Source: Terrimicrobiaceae bacterium (GTDB taxonomy: Bacteria; Verrucomicrobiota; Verrucomicrobiia; Chthoniobacterales; Terrimicrobiaceae). Taken from it: a stretch of 63,122 bases of DNA. Location of the stretch: positions 1-63,122 of the forward strand of contig JBGSVZ010000126.1 in NCBI GenBank assembly GCA_041752695.1, given 5' to 3'. The position numbers and the translations under genes were made by a program. The notes under the pieces are model-generated. The model was not told the DNA's origin. It was given only the letters and a program-made list of their open reading frames with translations, and did not search any database. Below, in pieces: positions 57,429 to 63,122 of the stretch (position 1 is its first letter; each line of letters starts with the position of its first letter).

Positions 57429-58277
57429 TTAGTTCTTAGCTTTGGCTTTGCGCCGTTGGACGATGAAGGTGCTGGAGGATTTTTTCTTGCGCCGGGTTTT
57501 GAAGCCCTTCGCGAGCTGACCCCAGGGGCTCATCGGATGGTGGCGTCCGCCACCGCCCTTGCTCTTGCCCTGACCGCCACCCATCGGGTGATCGACCGGG
57601 TTCATCACCATTCCGCGAACGTGCGGACGGCGGCCGAGCCAGCGGGTGCGCCCCGCTTTGCCACTGGAGACATTCATGTGATCGACGTTCCCAACCTGGC
57701 CGATGGTGGCGTAGCTTTCTTCGTTAATGCGGCGAATTTCTCCGGAGGCGAGTTTGATCTGCGCGTAGCCGGCTTCGCGGTTGGCGAGAATCGCCTGAGC
57801 TCCGGCGCTGCGGATCATTTGGGCTCCACGGCCGGGAATGATTTCAATGTTATGAATCGCGGTGCCGAGCGGGATGGCACGAAGCGGGAGGGCGTTGCCC
57901 ACGTTCGGGTCGGCTTTCGGACCGGAGACCACCTTGGCTCCGACAGCGAGGCCTGCGGGGGCCAGGATGTAGGCTTTTTCCCCATCCGTATATTGCAGGA
58001 GAGCGATGCGGGCGGAACGATTGGGATCGTATTCGATCGCGATCACCTCGGCGACGACATCATGCTTGCGGCGCTTGAAGTCGATGATGCGGAATTTCCG
58101 CTTATGACCGCCACCACGATGGCGCATGGTGATGCGGCCATTGTTGTTGCGTCCGCCGCTCTTCTTGAGCGATTCGGTCAGATTTTTCTCCGGCTTGTCC
58201 TTGGTGATTTCCTTGAAATCGGGGAGCGCCTTGAAACGGGCGGCCGGGGTGAGTGGGCGAAAGGTTTTAAGTCCCAT
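57429..58277 (-). CDS. rplB: 50S ribosomal protein uL2
   Basis: [39 protein letters not shown]. Confidence 0.99.
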   Translation of the reverse strand: MGLKTFRPLTPAARFKALPDFKEITKDKPEKNLTESLKKSGGRNNNGRITMRHRGGGHKRKFRIIDFKRRKHDVVAEVIAIEYDPNRSARIALLQYTDGEKAYILAPAGLAVGAKVVSGPKADPNVGNALPLRAIPLGTAIHNIEIIPGRGAQMIRSAGAQAILANREAGYAQIKLASGEIRRINEESYATIGQVGNVDHMNVSSGKAGRTRWLGRRPHVRGMVMNPVDHPMGGGQGKSKGGGGRHHPMSPWGQLAKGFKTRRKKKSSSTFIVQRRKAKAKN

Positions 58278-58282
58278 AGTGC

Positions 58283-58567
58283 TTAGACGAGGTCGAGTTT
58301 TTCGCCTTCCTTAAGCGTGACCACGGCTTTTTTCCAGTGGGCGCGACGGCCGAAATTCGCGGTGCGTTCCCGCTTTTTCTTGCCGGCGAAGTTGGCGGTA
58401 TTGACGTTGAGGACAGTCTTTTTAAAGAGCTGTTCCACGGCCCGCTTGATCTCAAGCTTGTTAGCTTTGGGACTCACGCGGAAGACGTATTGATTGTGTT
58501 TCTCGGAAAGAAGGGTCGCCTTCTCGGTGAGAATCACGGTTTGGATCTGGTCGAACGATTCTTTCAT
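58283..58567 (-). CDS. rplW: 50S ribosomal protein uL23
   Basis: TEKA, Y.F.V...ANK.EIK.AVE.LF, WKKA.V.L. Confidence 0.98.
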   Translation of the reverse strand: MKESFDQIQTVILTEKATLLSEKHNQYVFRVSPKANKLEIKRAVEQLFKKTVLNVNTANFAGKKKRERTANFGRRAHWKKAVVTLKEGEKLDLV

Positions 58568-59181
58568 TTCGAGAGCCTTTCCGAAAGGGTGGCAAGAGCT
58601 TCCTGCGTCACGACAATCTTGTCGAAGGCGAGGAGTTGCTCGGTGTTCACGTCCGCTGCACGGGCCAGAAGAGCTTTCTGAACGTTGCGGGCGGCGAGAT
58701 AGGTATTCTCATCGAAGCCAGTCCCGATCACAAGAGTCTTGCGGGCGTCCTTGGCGGTGTCGGCGAGAAGGGTGAGGAAGTTTTTGGTTTTGGCTTCCTT
58801 GACGGCAAAAGTGTCCACAAGGAGGACGTCTCCGGCGAGGATGCGTTCGCTCAGGGCTTTGCGGAACGCTAGCACCTTGACCTTCTTAGGGGTGTGCTTG
58901 GCGTAGCTGCGGGGGCGCGGTCCGAAAACCACACCACCACCCACCCAGATCGGGGAGGCTTTGTCACCCGCACGGGCGCGGCCGGTGCCTTTCTGACGCC
59001 AGGGCTTGGCGCCGCTCAGCCCGACTTCACCCTTTGTCTTGGTGCAGGCGGTGCCGCTGCGGCGATTGGCGCGCATGGCGACAACCACGTCGTGAACGGC
59101 CTGGCGGCCTTTCGCGGAATCCGTGATGAGTTCGATCTTGGCCTTTTCGGCCTCTTCAGCAGTAAAAACAGTGGCGCTCAT
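58564..59181 (-). CDS. rplD: 50S ribosomal protein uL4
   Basis: KPWRQKGTGRARAG, SP.W.GGG..FGP.PR. Confidence 0.98.
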   Translation of the reverse strand: MSATVFTAEEAEKAKIELITDSAKGRQAVHDVVVAMRANRRSGTACTKTKGEVGLSGAKPWRQKGTGRARAGDKASPIWVGGGVVFGPRPRSYAKHTPKKVKVLAFRKALSERILAGDVLLVDTFAVKEAKTKNFLTLLADTAKDARKTLVIGTGFDENTYLAARNVQKALLARAADVNTEQLLAFDKIVVTQEALATLSERLSK

Positions 59182-59187
59182 GGCTGG

Positions 59188-59865
59188 TTATTTCTTTTTC
59201 TTCGCGGCGGGAGTTTCGACGATCACACGCGGCTTTTTCTTTTTGATGCAAGGGCGAACGATCACGTTCGAACCCTTGGGGCCGGGGATGGCTCCGCTGA
59301 CCACGATGACGCCGTCTTCTTCCCGCACTTGCAGCACGCGGAGGTTTTGGACGGTGATGCGCTCGTCACCCATGTGACCAGGCATGCCCATGTTTTTCCA
59401 GACGCGGCCGGGAGTCGAGCGGTTACCGATGGCACCGTTACGGCGATGCATCATGGAACCGTGCGTCTGCGGCTGTCCGGCGAAATGGAAACGTTTAACG
59501 ACACCCTGGAAACCCTTGCCCTTCGACTGGCCGATCACGTCCACGATCTGGCCGACTTCGAAGACGTTCACGGGAATATCAACGCTCTCAGGGGCGGCTT
59601 CGCCAGCCTTGAGGCGGAATTCGCGAACGAATTTTTTCGGGGTGGAGGAAGACTTGCCGAAGTGGCCGAGCTGCGCCTTGCTGACACGCTGAGGTTTCTG
59701 GTCTTCATAACCAACTTGGACGGCGTTGTAGCCATCCTTCTCCGCGGTTTTCACTTGGAGAATGCGATTGCCGCCGGCGGCGATGACCGTGGCGGTGGAG
59801 ATGCGGCCCTTGTCGTCATAGACGCGGGTCATCCCAATTTTTTTACCTAAAAGTCCAATGCTCAT
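59188..59865 (-). CDS. rplC: 50S ribosomal protein uL3
   Basis: G.K.GMT, DGY.AVQ, SKGKGFQG, M.GHMG, G..PG. Confidence 0.98.
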   Translation of the reverse strand: MSIGLLGKKIGMTRVYDDKGRISTATVIAAGGNRILQVKTAEKDGYNAVQVGYEDQKPQRVSKAQLGHFGKSSSTPKKFVREFRLKAGEAAPESVDIPVNVFEVGQIVDVIGQSKGKGFQGVVKRFHFAGQPQTHGSMMHRRNGAIGNRSTPGRVWKNMGMPGHMGDERITVQNLRVLQVREEDGVIVVSGAIPGPKGSNVIVRPCIKKKKPRVIVETPAAKKKK

Positions 59866-59877
59866 GTCGTGGGCCCG

Positions 59878-60195
59878 TTAAATTTTGATGGTGATGTCCA
59901 CGCCGGCCGGGAGGTTGAGCTTGCGCAGCTCGTCCACGGTCTTCGCGGTGGGTTCGACGATATCCAGCAAGCGCTTGTGCGTGCGGATTTCGAATTGGTC
60001 CATGGATTTTTTATCCACGTGGGGAGAGCGGTTCACCGTGAACTTCTCGATGCGGGTCGGGAGCGGAATCGGTCCCGTTACCTTCGAGCCGGTGCGTTTG
60101 GCGGTTTCGACGATCTCGGCCGCAGAAGCGTCGAGGATGCGGAAGTCGAACGCCTTGAGACGGATTCGGATTCTTTGGCCGGCTGGTGATGACAT
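59878..60195 (-). CDS. rpsJ: 30S ribosomal protein uS10
   Basis: [32 protein letters not shown]. Confidence 0.99.
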   Translation of the reverse strand: MSSPAGQRIRIRLKAFDFRILDASAAEIVETAKRTGSKVTGPIPLPTRIEKFTVNRSPHVDKKSMDQFEIRTHKRLLDIVEPTAKTVDELRKLNLPAGVDITIKI

Positions 60196-60405
60196 AGATT
60201 AAAGAACTTTTGAGAGGATAAACCCCTGGTTGATCGTTGCGAAATCGTTACCGGCAGCAGCTTCTGACCACCACTCCGCAGAGCGATTCAATCCGAGAAT
60301 TGAACTGTGGGTGCCATTTGCTGGCTGCCGTGTGTCCCTGACTTTCATCAGGAGACAAAAAAAGCACTCGGTAGTGCTGTTTCTAAATCCCCGACTTGGT
60401 GCGGG
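60196..60405 (-). promoter_or_regulatory. Long structured 5' leader of the S10 operon (candidate cis-regulatory RNA)
   Basis: Several stems visible, including a hairpin + U-tract at 60357-60378 and a 7-bp closing stem 60252-60258/60324-60330. Confidence 0.55.
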
Positions 60406-60411
60406 AGGGAG

Positions 60412-60439
60412 AAACTAATTAATCGCGCAGGGGAAGCAA
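60412..60439 (-). promoter_or_regulatory. Putative S10 operon promoter
   Basis: TTGCTT-16nt-TAGTTT with an AT-rich upstream region. Confidence 0.55.
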
Positions 60440-60533
60440 GAGAAAATTTGAAAATTTTCCCGGACGGAAAAGGGCAAATGCCGCAAAGCACACCGGCCGG
60501 GAATTTTTGGTCCCGGCGAGTGGCAAATTTTCC

Positions 60534-60908
60534 CTAGTAGCGACGTTGGTGTCCGCCGCCGCGGCGGTCCTCGCGATCCCCGCGGTCTCCACGATCTCCC
60601 CGGTCACCGCCACCATGACGGCCGCCGCCTCCTCCGCCGCCGAATTCCCGACGGGGCGGGCGGTCTTCGCGGGGACGGGCTTCGCTCACCGAGATGGTGC
60701 GCCCCTCGAAGGATTTTCCACTGAGCTCGTCAATGGCACGTTGTCCCTCCTCGGCCGTGCCCATAGTGACAAAGGCAAAGCCGCGCGAGCGCTGGGTGGC
60801 GCGGTCGAGGACAAGATGAGTATCCGTGACCGTGCCGACTCCGGCAAAAAGTTCTTCCAAAGCCCCTTCCGTTGTCTGGAAGGAGAGGTTACCGACATAC
60901 AGTTTCAT
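60534..60908 (-). CDS. RRM (RNP-1) RNA-binding protein with Gly/Arg-rich tail
   Basis: RNP2 LYVGNL, RNP1 RGFAFV, V.EARPRE, RGG/RGD-rich C-terminus. Confidence 0.96.
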   Translation of the reverse strand: MKLYVGNLSFQTTEGALEELFAGVGTVTDTHLVLDRATQRSRGFAFVTMGTAEEGQRAIDELSGKSFEGRTISVSEARPREDRPPRREFGGGGGGGRHGGGDRGDRGDRGDREDRRGGGHQRRY

Positions 60909-61136
60909 ATTCAGTGGGGTGGGTTGCCGTCAGCCTCGACTATCAAGACCAGCGGCTGCCGGAATGCCGGGGGGGCACCGGATGATCGCCACGGAACTTC
61001 AATAACCTGTGCATGAACGAATCAGCGGGAAGGATGCTCAGAACGACCCGATTGTAAAGCCAAATGCGACGAGGACGCGCCGACCGTTGCTTTCCGATTT
61101 GCCGCCCTTGCCTCCCGTCAAGTGGCACCCTGCGGG

Positions 61137-61175
61137 CTGCGCTCCGCGCAGGCTACCCGGCCAGCTCCCGCTGGC
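61137..61175 (-). repeat. REP-like element (GTAG foot + hairpin) plus adjacent hairpin
   Basis: Minus strand GTAG-C-CTGCGC-GGA-GCGCAG. Adjacent GCCAGC-TCCC-GCTGGC. Confidence 0.5.
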
Positions 61176-61214
61176 ACGTGTTCCCAACTCCCAGCTCCGA
61201 AATCCGCCCCTCCC

Positions 61215-61595
61215 TCACTCCTCGACGAACGCCTTGCTTTCCTTGATGGCCATCGGCCTGGCCTCGCGGTCGAGTTCCTGGAAAAAGCAGCTTTGGTATC
61301 CGGTGTGGCAGGCGCCGACGGTTTGTTCGATTTCGAAGAGGAGCACATCGCGGTCGCAATCGACGTACCACCGTACGACACGCTGGAGGTGGCCACTGGT
61401 TTCGCCCTTGAGCCAGAGTTTCTGGCGGGAGCGGCTCCAATAGTGCATGAGGCCGGTTTCGAGGGTTTTTTGCAGGGACTCCCGATTGAGCCACGCGAAC
61501 ATCAATACGCGGCCATTGGGAATGTCTCCGCCCGACGCTTCTTGCAGGATAGCGGGGATGAGTCCGTCTGAAGTAAATTTGAAATCGAGTTCCAC
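61215..61595 (-). CDS. hisI: Phosphoribosyl-AMP cyclohydrolase
   Basis: GLIPAI.Q, VLM.A..N.E, YWSRSR..LW.KGETSG, DCD.D, GACHTG..SCF. Confidence 0.96.
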   Translation of the reverse strand: MELDFKFTSDGLIPAILQEASGGDIPNGRVLMFAWLNRESLQKTLETGLMHYWSRSRQKLWLKGETSGHLQRVVRWYVDCDRDVLLFEIEQTVGACHTGYQSCFFQELDREARPMAIKESKAFVEE

Positions 61596-61636
61596 AGTTG
61601 CAGATTAACGCTCTGTCGGATAATCCGAAACCTCGC

Positions 61637-63122
61637 GTGAAACAACCCAAAGTCACCACCACCCCTCCTCCGGCCCCCGCGTCGGCCATTCTGCGCGGTC
61701 CGCGTTACCGCTATTTTTCCACCACACCCACGAAGGTGACGCTTCGGATGCGCGACCTGCAGCTGCCGGAAAAGGCCCGAACCGCGACCTACGACTCCGA
61801 GCAATTTGTTGATCTGCCCTGCGAAGATATTTTTGCCAGCGGCCCCGTGCCGAAGATCCGTTTGGCCCGCCTCGCGGAACTTGCTCCCGACTGTGTGACC
61901 GCCGCAGACATGCCGGAGGAAGGGATCAAATTGTGCTCCGCGCGCCTCGCGCTGGCCTACGCCCTCACCGAGGGCCGTGAACTTATCGAAGAACCCCCAG
62001 CGCCGGAACTCCCCCCGACACCTGCTCCGGTTGTGGAAGATTTTGCCCCGCCTACGACCCCGAAAAAAGATTCCGATCTCAAAAACTCAGGTCCGGCCAC
62101 CATCCCTCCTCCGGAAAAGCCAAAAGACGAAAAAATCGCTCCGCCCAAACCCGCCGAAGCTCTCGCGGAAAAACCGTCCGCCCCACCCGACCCCGAATTC
62201 CGGCCCCGCCGTGGCTGGTTGGAAGCCTACCGGCAGCGGATGAAAGCCGAGACCCCTGCGGCCAAAGAGACTCCCTCCCCATCCGAAACACCCACCCCGG
62301 CTCCGAGCCAGACCTCCCCCGCGTCGGAAACGCCGACTGGGACAAAAACCGTGGTGGACGGTCCCGCCGGGTCGGCAGACCGCAAACCGGAATCCGAGGT
62401 CGCACCCGAATCGCCTGCCGCCCCCCCCAAGTCCGTCATTGAGCCGGCGTCGGAATCCCCGACCCCGCCCGCAAAATCGCCGGTCGAACCTGTCAAACCG
62501 GTCGAAGACAAACCCCAGGAAAGCCGCCCTGCAGGCGAATCTCTGCCCGCGCCGGGGGAGGCAAAACGCCCCTTTTCGCTTTTCCCCAAGTTCCGCCGCA
62601 AGGAAGCCGACGAACCGAAACCCTCCGTCATCGTCCCGCGCAGTCGCATCGAAATTCCCAAGCCGAAACGGCCGGGCGCGCCCCTCATCGCCCCACCTCT
62701 TTCGTCCCTCCCCGGCGAACCGGGGCTCCCACCCCTTCCGGTCTCCGACGGTCCCCGGACCCTGGCCGCCATTCCTCCGCCGGCCGCCAAAGCGCCCTTC
62801 GAGCCGGCAAAATCGTTCGCGCCCAAAGCTCCCGAACCAGACAAAAAGCCCGAACCCGCCACGGAACTTCCTCCCAAGGTCGAGCCCCCCGCTCCCAAGC
62901 CGCGGGTCGAAGTCGAAAAAATGGCCCCGCCGGAAGTCCTGCCCGAGGAGCCTGTCGTCGAAGCGTCCCAGCCTTCGTCCGCGCCGATCGCCCCTCCCCT
63001 GCCTCCGCCACCGCCCGCACTCACCCCGCCACCGGCAGATTTCCAGTCGCAACCTTCGGTGGCAAAAGAGATCCCGCCGCCGCCGAAAGTCGTCCCTCCC
63101 GAAGCGCCGCCGACGGTTGACG
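61637..63122 (+). CDS. Large Pro/Ala/Glu-rich hypothetical protein, 3'-truncated by the window edge
   Basis: GTG 61637 opens a frame (MKQPKVTTTPPPAPASAILRGPRYRYF...) in which I found no stop before the window end. Absent from the ORF track, consistent with having no stop in the window. Confidence 0.8.
   Translation, partial: MKQPKVTTTPPPAPASAILRGPRYRYFSTTPTKVTLRMRDLQLPEKARTATYDSEQFVDLPCEDIFASGPVPKIRLARLAELAPDCVTAADMPEEGIKLCSARLALAYALTEGRELIEEPPAPELPPTPAPVVEDFAPPTTPKKDSDLKNSGPATIPPPEKPKDEKIAPPKPAEALAEKPSAPPDPEFRPRRGWLEAYRQRMKAETPAAKETPSPSETPTPAPSQTSPASETPTGTKTVVDGPAGSADRKPESEVAPESPAAPPKSVIEPASESPTPPAKSPVEPVKPVEDKPQESRPAGESLPAPGEAKRPFSLFPKFRRKEADEPKPSVIVPRSRIEIPKPKRPGAPLIAPPLSSLPGEPGLPPLPVSDGPRTLAAIPPPAAKAPFEPAKSFAPKAPEPDKKPEPATELPPKVEPPAPKPRVEVEKMAPPEVLPEEPVVEASQPSSAPIAPPLPPPPPALTPPPADFQSQPSVAKEIPPPPKVVPPEAPPTVD

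Noticed and set aside
60337..60352. CTGATGA...GAAA resembling a hammerhead ribozyme core (minus strand)
   Set aside because: The motifs overlap within one simple hairpin; the three-stem junction is absent.
62087..63052. Gly/Arg-rich minus-strand ORFs at the window end
   Set aside because: Antisense shadows of the proline-rich plus-strand gene starting at 61637.

Overview
GC-rich bacterial chromosomal window. It is most likely Verrucomicrobiota (Spartobacteria/Chthoniobacterales-like). This is an inference from two PEP-CTERM proteins, the PVC-style uL2 glycine-rich insert and the GTAG-hairpin repeats. About 60 CDS and one CAU-anticodon tRNA are present, mostly housekeeping and envelope genes: rmuC, trxB, rpsT, cinA, tonB-exbD-exbB divergent from a FecA-like receptor, phnDCE, a fatty-acid desaturase, tolB-pal, pheA, trmL, secA, a GH38 alpha-mannosidase, rapA, purD, hisI and the first part of the S10 ribosomal protein operon. 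Most notable observations: (1) a Ser/Thr-rich PEP-CTERM gene translationally coupled (TGATG) to a TMTC-like GT-C/TPR glycosyltransferase, a candidate dedicated protein O-glycosylation cassette; (2) a TrhO::RluA-family tRNA-modification fusion next to rapA; (3) an S10 operon with a secreted coiled-coil gene inserted between rpsS and rplV, a terminator after rplV (no rpsC) and a long structured leader; (4) a ~4 kb REP-bounded defence/TA island with a ParE-type TA pair, an SBD-HNH (probably phosphorothioate-dependent) nuclease, an orphan YjjJ/HipA kinase with an operator palindrome, and two decayed antitoxin genes absent from the ORF track; (5) two apparent pseudoenzymes flanking purD; (6) a perfect AT-rich 19-bp palindrome, several REP-like families, and many leaderless-type promoters. 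No CRISPR array, rRNA, integrase or intact transposase was seen. All calls come from motif recognition by eye; no searches were run.
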